Source: Raja brachyura (taxonomy: Eukaryota). From it: DNA of 64,000 bases. How positions within the stretch are numbered: position 1 is the first letter of the stretch; every line of letters begins with the position of its first letter. Both the position numbers and the translations under genes were made by a program. The DNA is taken from positions 51,832,001 to 51,896,000 of the forward strand of contig OY740798.1 in the NCBI GenBank assembly GCA_963514005.1, given 5' to 3'. The notes beneath the pieces are model-generated. The model did no database searches. It was given only the letters and a program-made list of their open reading frames with translations, and was not told where the DNA came from. This document shows, piece by piece, positions 50,801-63,055 of this stretch.

Positions 50801-51714
50801 GATGTAGCAGTCCATCTGGTAATCATTACATTTTGTGGAAAAGAACTGCAGATGCGAGTTTAAATCAAAACTTGAATTTCAATTCTAAAGAATGGTCTCG
50901 ACCCAAAACGTCGCCCATTCCTTCTCTCCAGAGTTACTCCAACATTTTGTGTCTACTCTGTTAATCATTACTTTAGTGACTTTGATCGCCAGCTACCACT
51001 GCCTCAGGAGATTTTTGCAATCAGTGTGGCTTCTGGAATCTCAATCACATCAGAGTTTTTTATAGAAGTGGCCATACAGATTTTTATTCATTTCACGCAG
51101 TAATTAAATAATATATTATTTGCATTTGCAGAAGATGGTATTTTGAAATAATTTGTAATATCGAATGTATGTTCTATTTTATAAACTTCTTTAACTTTTG
51201 ATGCATGCAATAAATATTTTCTATCATTGAATGTGTGTGGATGTTTCATAAACCCCCAGATATCTGAGTTGCTGTCATTGCTAGAGTCTGATATTGGCCC
51301 AGCTCTAAGCTGGCCACAGGTTGTGATTACCTGGTTTAATTTAGTTTAGAAATACATTGGAAACTGGCCCTCCAGCCCACCAAGTCCGCACTGACCAGCG
51401 AACCCCACACATTAACACGACCCTAAACACACTAGAGACAATTTGTACATTTAAAATGGCAATTAACCTACAAACCTGTACGTCTTTGAAAACCGGAGCA
51501 CCAGGAGGAAACCCACATGGTTACGGGGAGAACGTACAAATTCCCTACAGACAGCACCCGTCGTCAGGATCGAATCCGGGTTTCTGGCGCTGTAAGGCAG
51601 CAACTCTACCGCTACTGTCCTTAAAACATTGTGTTTAAAGACTAGCTGTATTTTAATAAAGGCTTAAAATGAAAAAAAAAAAAATCAGTGATTGCAGCCA
51701 GGGCCAGATGAACA

Positions 51715-52270
51715 CAGAAAATAGATGCAGAGGAGGCCATTCGCCCCTTCGGGTCAGCACCGCCATTCATTGTGATCATGGCTGATGATCCACAATCAGT
51801 AACCCGTGCCTGTCTTCCCCATATCCCTTGATTCCACAACTCTCTGGGTGAAAAGGTTTTTTCTCACCTCAACCTTAAACAACCTCCCCTTTATTCTAAG
51901 ACTGTGGCCTCTGGTTCTGGACTCGCCCAACATTGGGAACATTTTTCCTGCATCCAGCTTGTCCAGACTTTTTATAATTTTATATGTTTCTATAAGATCC
52001 CCCACTCATCCTTCTAAACTCCAGTGATTACAAGCCTAGTCTTTTCAATCTTTCCTCATATGACAGTCCCGCCATCCCAGGGATCAATCTCGTGAACCCA
52101 CGCTGCACTGCCTCAATCACAAGGATGTCTTTCCTCAAATTAGGAGACCAAAACTGTACAGAATACTCCAGATTTGGGCTTACCAGAGCCCTATACAACT
52201 GCAAAAGAACTTTACTCCTGTACTGAAATCCTCGTTATGAAGGCCAACATTCCACTAGCTTTCTTCACTG
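51715..52270 (-). mobile_element. CR1 3' fragment (others ~47170-47400 +, ~50440-50775 +, ~54995-55370 -, ~59560-59800 +)
   Basis: GDLIETYKI...GESRTRGHSLRIKG...FTQRVV. Confidence 0.85.
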
Positions 52271-55200
52271 CAGTGGCGAGTGGAGTGCCACAAGGCTTGG
52301 TGTTGCTCTCATTCCCTGTCCCTCCACCTACCCAGGTCGTAGAGCAGGGCCAGGGCCTGGTTCTTGTACTCAGCACGGCCCTGGATGTAGACTGCAGCCG
52401 TCAGCCCGGCCGCCGCTCGGTCTCCAGTCCAGGCCCCGACTTCATCTCCGAGCTCGTCCCTGACCTCGGCTCGTCCTCGGTTCCACCGGCGGCTTCTTTT
52501 TCAACGCCGATCACAGCCCCATCTCAAGCCCTGGGCTCGGCCCCCAATCCAGCTCCAGGCCCGGCTAAGCCCGTGGCAGCACCCTCCCCAATGGGCTGCG
52601 GGCGGGGCCCCGAGGTCCCGACTTGCGAGTTGAATGTGACGTCAGTCGGAATTCTTTTCTACAAAATGAGAGCTTGGAAAACTTTAATATTTTGAAGCGT
52701 GAGGGGGAGTGTAGACGTTTAAACAACTCTCCCTACCCCTTCCTCTCCCTCAATCCCCCCACTTTCCCTGCTCAACCTCCCAGGATTTTTCCCCTCTCCT
52801 CCAATCGCTCCCTCACCTCTTCGTGTGGAGCTGATGGAGCTGGGCTCAACGTGTCCGAGCCGAGCGTGCAGGGCCAAACAGGTCCCAGCAGAGCCGAGCG
52901 GGTCCGAGTGGGGCTGTGCGGATCCGAACAGGGCCGAGCAGTTCCCAGCGGGGGCTGAGCGGGGCCCAACGGAGCCGACCAGGGCCCAACGGGTCGGCAG
53001 GGGTCGAGCGGGTTGAGGAAGGGGGAGGGGGTAGAGAGGGAGAGGGAGGTGAGGTGGGTAGAGAGGGAGAGGGAGAGGGGCAGAGATGGAGGGGGTTAGG
53101 GAGAGGGAGGAATTCGAAGGGTCGAATGGCCTACTCCATGGAAGAAGATAGAAATTAAGGAGTTTAAAAGAAAGTTGACACAACCCTGGCCCACACTCTC
53201 TACAGTAAAGTTTGAAATGTTGATCAGATCTTATCAGTAGAGGATTCAAAGTTCGACAACTTCAGCAGAGTTCTCTTCCCACTGAGATAAAACCCCACTT
53301 TCAGCATACACAGGCTCCATTTCACCTCCCTTCCTTTCCAGCTGAGTCCCAGTTTATATTCTCTCCCATGAAGAAATATATTTTCAACAATCATCCCATC
53401 AACTTCCCTCAAGATTTAATTTGTTTCAATCAGTCTGCTCTCATTATAGTAAACAACAGCAGAAAGAAGCTTATGTACCTCCCTTACCTCAACACCTTTT
53501 CCTGAAAATGTTTAGTTGAAGATAGAATATAGAAAAGTACAACTCAGGAACAGCCCTTTTACTCAAAATTCTAGCAGTTTCTTGCACCTACATTAACGTC
53601 CTTTTTTAACCAAATAACCAAAACTCTATAAGTCTTCAGATATGGTCTCATTTAGCTAAAATATAACTTAGTATAACAGAGTCATATAGCGTGGAAACAA
53701 GCCCATTGACTCAACTTGTCCACACCGACCAATATACCCCATCGAAACTAGTCCCATCTGCATGTATTTCGCCCTTATTTCTCTTAACTCTATCCATCTA
53801 CCTGTCTAAATGTTTCTTAAACATTGTGATAGTAACCGCCTAAACTACCTCCGCCGGCAGCTTGTTCCTCACACCCAACACACTTTGTGTAAAAAAATTA
53901 TCCCTTAGGATCCTATTAAATCTTTCTCCTCTCACCTTAAACCTATGTGTAATATGAAAAAGTGACACAAAGTACAGGGGTGACTCAACGGCTCAGGCGG
54001 CATCTCTGGAGAACATGGATAGGTGACATTTTGGGTTAGGACCCTTCTTCAGACTAATTGTAGAATCTGACTGATTCAGTCCTGATCTCAGGTGCGGTCT
54101 GTGTGGAGTTTTTATACTGAAGAAGGGTCCCGACTGAAACCCAGGGGTGGAAACAAAGCCTGGTAAGGGATAGGTGGATACAGGTGAGATGGGAGGGGTG
54201 GAATTGGCAGATGGTTGGACAAAGGCCAGAGATGAAAACAGAAAAAGTGAGGTAAGGATAGAAGAGGCAAAAATGTGAACCCAGAGGAATGAATTTGGTG
54301 GAAGGGGACGAGGGGGGAGGAGAAAGTGAAAATTGGATGTGCATCCAAGTGGGGTACAGGGAAGAGAGGGGAGAATGTGGAGTGAGGAAAAGTGTTTGTA
54401 GTTTAGTTACCTAAAATTGGAGAATATAATGTTCTCTCAGTTGTGCTGTTGCTCCAGTTTGTGTGTGGCCTCACTCTGGCAATGGAGGCGGCCCAGGACA
54501 GCATGGATATAGGAAGGGGAATTAGCTTACTTAGCCCCAGTTCCCGCTCTCCAACCCTGAAACATCGCTTGCCTATTTCCCTCTGCGATGACCCACTGAG
54601 TTCCTCCAGTAATTTGTGTTTTGCTCAAGATTCTGCCATCTGCATTTGTCTAGTAGCCCTTTAAATTTGCCATCCTCACTAAAAACATCGCAGCATTACT
54701 GTGTGGAGTCAAGGCATGCGACGGGGAGGGGAGGGAGGTGTGAAGAGAGGGGGAGAGGGGGAGACAGGGAAGTGGAGGGGGAGAGAAAGACAGACTGAGA
54801 GCTGATTGGAAAGAGTGTGGGAATTAGGGAGGAAGGTGGGAGAGTGCAGGACACATTGCAAGGAGGGAACTGACGGGAAGTTGTTGTGATATTTGCCATT
54901 CTTTACCCATTGGGAGGGTTTAGGGAACCGTATAACCATTGACGTTAGGCATTTTTCTGAGCCAGCCTGTTAATGGTGCAGCCCTCAGCTGTACATAGAA
55001 ACATAGAAAATAGGTGCAGGAGGAGGCCATTCATTGTGATCATGGCTGATCGTCCGCTATCAATAACCCGTGCCTGCCTTCTCCCCATATCCCTTGACTC
55101 CACTAGCCCCTGGAGCTCTATCCAACTCTCTCTTAAATCCATCCAGTGATTTGGCCTCCACTTCCCTCTGTGGCAGGGAATTCCATAAATTCACAACTCT

Positions 55201-57266
55201 CTGGGTAAAAAGGTTTTTTTCTCACCTCAGTCTTAAATGGCCTCCCATTTTATTCTAAGGCTGTGGCCCTTGGTTCTGGACTCACCCAACATTGGGAACA
55301 TTTTTTCCTGCATCTAGCTTGTCCGGTCCTTTTATAATTTTATATGTTTCTATAAGATCCCCCCTCATCCTACACAAATCACCAGGGGTGCCGAAAGATT
55401 GGCAGCCCCGCCAACAGTCTGTCCATTTTTTTGTCTTTTTAAAACATTTTTGTGTGTGTTAAAAGTATGTGTAAATGTTCTTCGGTTTGTTTTATGTGGG
55501 GGGAGGGGGAGGGGGTTAGGGGAAACTTTTTTTTCAGTTTCTTAAGTTGCCGGAGATGCAAATTTTTTTTCGGGTCACATCTCTGGTCGTGCTGCGGCCG
55601 ACCATCGATGGAACTGATGGCCTCCTTGGACTGACTTTGAGCCCCACGGCGGAGCATGGACTTAAGATCGGAGCCGATCCCTTGCCTGTGATCGCTCCAG
55701 CCGCGGCCTGCGGACTGCATTGAGAGCTCACAGTCTCGGTAGAGGCTAGTCAGGAGCTCCAATGACACAGAGCCTCGACCAGCCCAGACACGGGGTCCGA
55801 TCACCCGGCGCAGGTGAGCTGACATCCCCCCGATGCAGGAGCTGATCGCCCCGTGCGGAGGGCCAAAATTACACCAGCTACGAGAGTCAAGATCATCCCA
55901 TCAATGGAGGGCTCAAGGCCACCGACTGCAAAAGAGCAAAGAAGGGAGAGATTTTAACTTTTTTTTCGCCTTCCATCACAGTGAGGAATGTGGAGGAGTC
56001 ACTGTGGTGGATGTTTATGTTAAAATGGATTTTGTGTGTTCCGTTGCTTTTTATTTGTATGACTGACTTGGAAAATGAAATTCCTCGTATGTTACAAAAC
56101 AACTTGGTTAATATGATTGTGACCTCACCTTTACACCAATCACCCCCTAACCTCACCTGCAAATGCCTATCATCACCTTCCTCACCTATCACTTGCCAAA
56201 TTCAGTCCTGCCCCTACTGCTATTTCCCACCCTTTTCTGCTCCCCCCCCCCACTCAGTCTGAAGGGTCATGTTAGGTGCAGACACTGTGGGCCGAAGGGC
56301 CTGTTGCTCTATGCAGATGCTGGAATCTTGAACAAAACACAAAGTGCTGCGGCAACTCAGCGGGTCAGTCAGCATCTGTGGAGGGAATGCACTGGTGACA
56401 TTTGATTAAAGTCTGAAGAAGGATCCCAACTCAAAATGTTGTCTCTCCATTCCCTCCACAGATGCTGCCTGACACATTGAGTTTTTCTTGCACTTTGTGT
56501 TTTTCAGTACTGTTCTCTGTTAAGAATTATATGTATTATTATGAATAAAATGTATCTTTGAAATTAAAAAATCCCCTCCATAGATGATTCCTGACACACT
56601 CTGGTACTTTGTGTTTTGCAGTACTGTTCAATTAAGAGTTTTATATACATATTTTATCATGACTAAAGTTTAATTTTGACATAAAACACATTCCCACAGC
56701 AGCTGCTGCCTGACCCAAGTTACTCCAACTCCCTGTATTTTGATGATGAGGATACTTTATTCACTTGTACCCAGCTAGGTACAGTGAAAATCTTTGTTTT
56801 TGCATAAAAGGTATACAAGAGTCACCACAAAGGCACCGACAAAGTTACAAAAAGTACTTATCCCTTAGTATTTCGCTCCCTAGAGTGAAAAGTACTTGGC
56901 TCCCCTGGATCTCCATCCACAGCCAGGCTGTCCGAGGCGCCCACCTCGACCTCGGGGTCTCCCTAAGGTACAGCGCCCAGCACGAGTCTGTACTCTATAT
57001 ATATATTTATTATAGATACAGTTTGTTTTCACAATAAAACCAATCCCCTCCACAGTTGTTGCCCGACCCACCTCGTTATTCCAGCACGTTGCTGTTTGCT
57101 GGACTGGCCTATGTGCTATTAAGCATCTTCATTTGCGGATGACACAAAGCTGGGTGGCAGAGTGTGCACCAGTGTGTGCGTGTGTCTCTGTGCCGGACAG
57201 AACCTGTGTGTGTGTGAACGCGGTTGCCCATCGCCTGTGGAGCTGGGGGCGGACACAGACGAGCTC

Positions 57267-57327
57267 TCCCCGCCCGCCACGCCCGCGCAGCGTCAGTGTC
57301 AGAGTACGGGCGAAAGTGAAAGTAAAC
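57267..57327 (+). promoter_or_regulatory. Promoter elements: GC box and IRF-binding ISRE (GAAAGTGAAAGT, 57312-57323) in a CpG-rich region
   Basis: Match to the IRF-E/ISRE consensus ~300 bp upstream of the leader ATG. Confidence 0.65.
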
Positions 57328-57337
57328 GTTTGGGCGG

Positions 57338-57600
57338 TCGGGGCACCAGGGCGGCGGGTGTCGGGGCACCAGGGCGGCGGGTGTCGGGGCACCAGGGCGG
57401 CGGGTGTCGGGGCACCAGGGCGGCGGGTCTCGGGGCACCAGGGCGGCGGGTGTCGGGGCACCAGGGCGGCGGGTGTCGGGGCTCGGGGCACCAGGGCGGC
57501 GGGTGTCGGGGCACCAGGGCGGCGGGTGTCGGGGCTCGGGGCACCAGGGCGGCGGGTGTCGGGGCTCGGGGCACCAGGGCGGCGGGTGTCGGGGCTCGGG
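57338..57600 (+). repeat. GC-rich VNTR, ~10 copies of 23-bp TCGGGGCACCAGGGCGGCGGGTG with occasional 7-bp TCGGGGC inserts
   Basis: Read directly from the sequence. Confidence 0.95.
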
Positions 57601-57627
57601 GCTGTATCGGGGTGAAGCGAGGCGACC

Positions 57628-57703
57628 ATGCCGTGCAGTGGCGACTTGTGGCCGGCCCTGTTCCCGGGACTCATCGCTGTGCTCGCCCTGCTCGGGGCCG
57701 CAG
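57628..57703 (+). CDS. NCR3LG1: NCR3LG1/B7-H6-like gene, leader exon (MPCSGDLWPALFPGLIAVLALLGAA)
   Basis: ACCATG Kozak context, hydrophobic signal peptide, CAG/GTAAGG phase-1 donor. Confidence 0.8.
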
Positions 57704-57797
57704 GTAAGGCGGGGCTGGGACGCGACCTCTCTTCCACCCAGAGACAAGGGCGATCCCGCCGACCCCTCACCAAGCAATTCACACTCACCCCAGTGTA

Positions 57798-58670
57798 TAG
57801 GGGGTGGCACGTCAGGTCACGGAGCCGCTCAATCCATCTGGAAGACATCGCACCTTCCGGTATATGTTGTTAATACACGAGACGTGTACTTTCCTACCAG
57901 TTAAAAACGGCCAAAATGTTGAATTTTTGCGCTGTAAAATATTGTGGACATCGGGGTAGGCGTGAGAGACATGAACCCAACTTCAGAATTCCAAAAGTGA
58001 AGCGAAATGAAGGTAAAGAGAGGCGAGAGCTGAAGGGACAACAACAGCTAAAGAGCTTGGCCAACATTGGCCGTGCAGATATCGAGATTGAAAATATTGG
58101 GAATGATCGCGTTTGCTCACTGCATTTCATCAACAGTAAGGCATGATTTGTGTTTTTTCTTGATTCCTTTGGTATCTAAAAAGTCTCAGAGTGATAAATC
58201 TGGCTGTAAATTTTGCTTCAGAGGCGTTTTCTGTGTGTATGTAAAAACCCACTTGAGAACCATGGGCGATTTTAAAATGTTAAAGCCAGATTTATCACTT
58301 TTGAAACTCTTTCGATGCCAAAGGAATCAAGAAAAAACACAAATAATGTCTTTGTTGATGAAATGCAGTGAGCAAATGGCCAATGTTCGCCAAGCACCCT
58401 GCCTGTTGTTGTCTTCAGCTCTTGCTTCTATCTACCGTCATTTCTCCTCACTTTTGGAATTCTGAAGTAGGCTAAATGTCTCTCACACTTATCCCGATTT
58501 CCATAATTATTTACAGCACAAAAATTGACAATTTCTGCGGGTTTTAACGGGCCCGTTACACTAGAAACAATGGTCAGTGCTTACCTGCAGTTCATCGCGT
58601 GTACTCCACTTGGCGTAGCAGGAACAATACGGGTCATGGGTCGTGACCCCACTGCCGTGCAACCTCCCTA
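57798..58670. mobile_element. Non-autonomous TIR element, superfamily unclear
   Basis: TAGGGGGTGGCACG...CGTGCAACCTCCCTA imperfect TIRs; the minisatellite resumes on both sides. Confidence 0.65.
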
Positions 58671-58993
58671 CACTCACCCCAGTGTACACTCACACTCACT
58701 CCAGTGTAAACTCACACCCACACTAGTGTATGCTCACTATCACTCCAGTGCACACACTCCAGTGCACACTCACCCCAATGTACACTCACACTCACTCCAG
58801 TGTAAACTCGCACCCACACTAGTGTATGTTCACTATCACACCAGTGTACACTCACTCTAACACCAATGTACACTCACTCCCACAGTGCTCACTCACTCTA
58901 GCGCACCCTCACACCAGCACCAGTGTACACTCACTCCAGTGTACACCCATACCCACACCAGTGTACACTCACTCTCACACCAGTGTACACTCA

Positions 58994-59272
58994 TGGGCCT
59001 GTCCCACTTACATGACTTTTTCGGCGACTTCTGACACCCATCATAGGTCGTTGAACGTCGGCAAAAATGTTCAACATGTTGAAAATTCAGCGGCGACCAG
59101 AAAGATGCTACGACGCTTTGGGCCACCGAGGAGACTACTCGCGACCAAACAGGCGACACCTTGTTCTGGTCACCACTGGATTTTCAACATGTTGAAATTT
59201 TTTGGTGACCTGTAACAACCTATGATGGGCGCCGGCAGTCACCGAAAAGGTTGTGTAAGTGGGACAGGCCCA
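58994..59272. mobile_element. PIF/Harbinger-like MITE
   Basis: TIRs TGGGCCTGTCCCACTTACA/TGTAAGTGGGACAGGCCCA with a 3-bp TSD TCA. Confidence 0.85.
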
Positions 59273-60500
59273 TCACTCTCACATCAGTTCACACTCACTC
59301 TCACACTGTACACTCACACCAGTGTACACTCGCTCTCACTCCAGTGTCCACTCACTCACACCAGTGTACACTCACACTCAAATCAGTGCACACTCACTCT
59401 TACACTGTACACTCACACTCACACCAGTGTACACTCACTTATGTACAAACAATCTCCCACCAATGTACACTCAATCTCACACCATCCAGTGACAAGTTGC
59501 ATTGATACTAGATTTTCTTTGTGCTCTTTACAGTTTATTGCCATAAATCTGAAAAAGGTGTAGAGAGGATTCAGCAGGATTTTGGCCGGACCCGAGGGCC
59601 TGAGCTCTGGGGAGAGGTTGGCCAGGCTGGGACTGATCCTTGGAGGGCAGGAGGCTGAGGGGTGATCTTATAGAGGTGTATACTATCATGAGGCGAATAG
59701 ATAAATATACACTCTTGCTCAGAGTAGAGGAATCAAGAACCACATAGGTTTAACATAGAGGGGAGGAAGATTTAATAGGAACCTTAAGGACAATGTTTAT
59801 CAATAAATGAATTAAAAGTTAGATAAGAATGCTGGAGAAACTCAGCGGGTGAGGCAGCATCTATGGAGCGAAGGAATAGGTGAGATTTTGGGTCGAGACC
59901 CTTGTTCAGATTATTGGGATTATTTTGCTAAAGTCAATACGAATTCATGATACATTTCCAGGTGCTGTGTGTGCGTAGTTTGTACATTCTCCCTGTGACT
60001 GTGTGGGTTTTCCCCGGGTGCACCGGTTTCCTCCCACACTCCAAAGACGTGCAGTTTCATAGGATAATTGCTTTCTGTAAACTTATAAATTGTCCCTAGT
60101 GTGTAATATCATAAGTGATAGAAGTAGAATTAGTCTATTTGGCCCATCAAGTATACTCCACCAATCACTCATGGCTGATCTGTCTCTCCCTCCTAACACG
60201 ATTCTCCTGCCTTCTCCCCATAACCTCTGACACCCGTCCTAATCAAAAACTATCTATCTCTGCCTTAATTATATCCATTGACTGCCTACACAGCCTTCCG
60301 TGGCAAAGAATCCCACAGATTCACCAGGATAGTACTAGTGTATCGTTGGTCGGCACGGACTCGATGGGCCAAAGGGGTTGTTTCCACTCTATGTCTAAAC
60401 TACATTTTCACACTGCATCACCGTGCTGGCAAAATTAGTTTCCTACTTTTTGTTTGGCGATTTGTTTGTAGACTGGCAACTTGTTTATCTGTGATTGCAG

Positions 60501-60860
60501 AAGGAGGAGATCTGGTTGTGTCAATGAATTCAAGAATGGTGGAAGTCCCTGTGAATAAAGATGCCCTTCTTGAATGCCGAGTGTCTGGTTACAAGACCAG
60601 TGAGATCAACCTTCAAACTGTGGGTGTCATCTGGTACCATCGAAAGTTGGGGGCTTCCACCAAGGATGAATTGTATAAATTCAACGGAGGAAAGCATACA
60701 TCTTACAGAAAAGATGCTGCGATTTTTGATGATGAGTTAAAGAAGGGAATTGCTTCACTCTTCCTCCCACGTGTTCAATTTAATGAAGAAGGAGATTATA
60801 CCTGCGTAGTCTTCATCGGCCCAGACCAGGGAAGCGGCGAATCTTCAATGATTGTTTCAG
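60501..60860 (+). CDS. NCR3LG1: NCR3LG1/B7-H6-like IgV exon
   Basis: 360 nt, phase 1-1; DLVVSM...LECRV...VGVIWY...GIASLFLPRVQFNEEGDYTCVV resembles the B7-H6 V domain from memory. A tapasin-like identity is the alternative. Confidence 0.85.
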
Positions 60861-61911
60861 GTAAAAACAATTAATAAATATTTCAGGCGTGCACAGTGGC
60901 GCAGCGTGTTGAGCTGCTGTTTCACATTCCAGAGAAACCGGTTCAATCCTGACCTCGTCAGTGTGGAGTTTGTACGTTCTCCCTGTGATGGGTTTTCTCC
61001 GGGTGCTCCGGTTTCCTCCCACCCTCTAAACATCTGCAGGTTTGTAGGTTATTTGGCTTTGGTAAAATTGTTAAATTGTCCCTACTGTGGGATCGTGCTG
61101 GTGTACGTGGTGATCGCTGGTCCGCATGGACGCGGTGGTCTAAAGGGCCTGTTTCCACGCCGTATCTCCAAAGCCTGAAGTCTAATGAATTTGACCCCTG
61201 TTTATATGTCTTTGACATTTTAACCCAGGGATAAAACGTTCTGACAATCTACTCTTTGAAACAGATCACAAAAAAATATTCACTCAATCGTTATATATGT
61301 ACACATCTCCACCATGTGTCTACGCAACCTCTGACATTCCAGAGAAAACAATGCAAGTCTGTCCAACTTCTCCTTGTAGCTAACACCACCTAATACATCA
61401 ACTTTCTACCCTGAAAAGGACATAAAATGCTGGAGTACCACAAGTGTTCCGACTGGAAACGTCACCTATCCATGCTCTCCAGAAATGCTGCCTGACACAC
61501 TGAGTTACTCCAACAATTTGTAAAGCAGCCCACCTATAGTTTTTATATCAGCATTCTAGTTGATTGTGGGGAAAGGCTGTGGGTGGCACAGTGATAGATT
61601 TGCTGCCTTACAGTGCCAGTGACTCAAGTGACAGTGCGGACTTGTGTAAATTGCCCCTAGTGTGTAAGATAGAATTAATGTACGAGGTGATTGATGGTCA
61701 GCGCGGACCCGATGAGCCGGAGGGCCTATTTCCATGCTGTATCTCGAACCTAAACTAAACGTTTCAATTTGTGCACTTATTCGGATTGAAAAGATATTTT
61801 TAAACGTCCACTAATATCAAATGACTATGGGACATGCTGGCTCATGTGGCAGATTGGGCCAAAGGGCCTGTTTCCACACTGTATGACTAACATTGATTAT
61901 TATCTTTACAG

Positions 61912-62232
61912 CTGAACCGCAAATTAGTTTATCCGCAACTGCTATCACCATTGAGAGTGGGACGGAGAAATCGGTGAAATGTGACAGTACTGAATTTTAC
62001 CCCTTGGCGATTCAGATAAGCTGGCTCAAGAAATCAAAGATTGGAGAACAGAAGATCCTGGACCACATTTGCACAGGATCTCCTGTTAAAAATGCGGATG
62101 GAACCTACAATGTGTCGAGCCAAATGAGGCTACGTCCAACACTCCAGGACGATGGTAACACTTACGTGTGCTTAGTGAGACATAGATCACTTTATAAGGA
62201 CACAGAGTTGACCACCCATCTGACTGTCAAAG
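61912..62232 (+). CDS. NCR3LG1: NCR3LG1/B7-H6-like IgC1 exon
   Basis: 321 nt, phase 1-1; C...FYPLAIQISW...ICTGSPVKNADGTYNVSS...DGNTYVCLVRHRSL. TM and cytoplasmic exons lie beyond the window. Confidence 0.87.
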
Positions 62233-62372
62233 GTAAGTTTAATTTTAGTTATAGAAGTAATGTGGAGACAGACCCTTCAGCCCAACTAATCCACACTGAC
62301 CATCGATGGGCCAAATATGGGCAGGTTAGTCTGGCGTAGATGGTGCATCTTGGACAGTATGAATAAGTTGGG

Positions 62373-63055
62373 TTGAAAGGCATTTGTCTCCTACTGATTC
62401 TAAAGAAATACTACCTTCCCACCCAAACCACCCACTCCCCTGGTACTTTCCCTTGCAACCGCAGGAAATGCCACACTTGTCATTTTACCTCCCCCGCGAC
62501 TCCACCCAAGAGTCTCCACCTAAGCAGTCTTTCCAGGTTCACCTGCACCTCCTCCAACCTCATCTATTGCATCCACTGCTCTAGGTGTCAGCTGCTCTAC
62601 ATCTGTGAGACCAAGTGCAGGTTTGGTGATCACTTCGCCCAACACCTCCGCTCGGTTCCTATTAACCAACCTGATCTCCCGGTGGCCCAGCACTTCAACT
62701 TCCCCTCCCATTCCGAATCCGACCTTTCTGTCCTGAGCCTCCTCCATGGCCAGTATTTCCTCGTATTTCGCTTGGGCAATTTACTCCCCAGCAGTATGAA
62801 CATTGACCTCCAAATTCAGGTAGTCCTTGCTTTCTCTCTCCTTCCCCTCCCCTTCCCAGCTCTCCCACAGCCTACTGTCTCCACATCTTCCTTTCTTCTT
62901 CCCGCCGCCCCACCCCCACATCAGTCTGAAGAAGGGTCTCGACCCAAAACGTCACCTATTCCTTCGCTCCATAGATGCTGCCTCACCCACTGTGTTTCTC
63001 CAGCATTTTTGTCTACCTTTGATTTCTCCAGCATCTACAGTTCTTTCTTAAACAA
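62373..63055 (+). mobile_element. Penelope-like element (GIY-YIG endonuclease remnant and 3' end); further fragments ~53965-54660, 59825-59910, 63765-64000 (-)
   Basis: FTCTSSNLIYCIHCSRCQLLYICETK..F..H...VAQHFN. Confidence 0.88.

Larger units (their letters stand above)
57775..59475. repeat. Degenerate CACTCAC(A/C)CCAGTGTA minisatellite in intron 1, interrupted by two DNA elements
   Basis: Repeated CAGTGTACACTCAC motifs. Confidence 0.85.

Noticed and set aside
57109-57904. Multiple long overlapping ORFs, and a CRISPR-like repeat
   Set aside because: It is a stop-poor GC-rich VNTR with no unique spacers, in a eukaryotic context with no cas genes.
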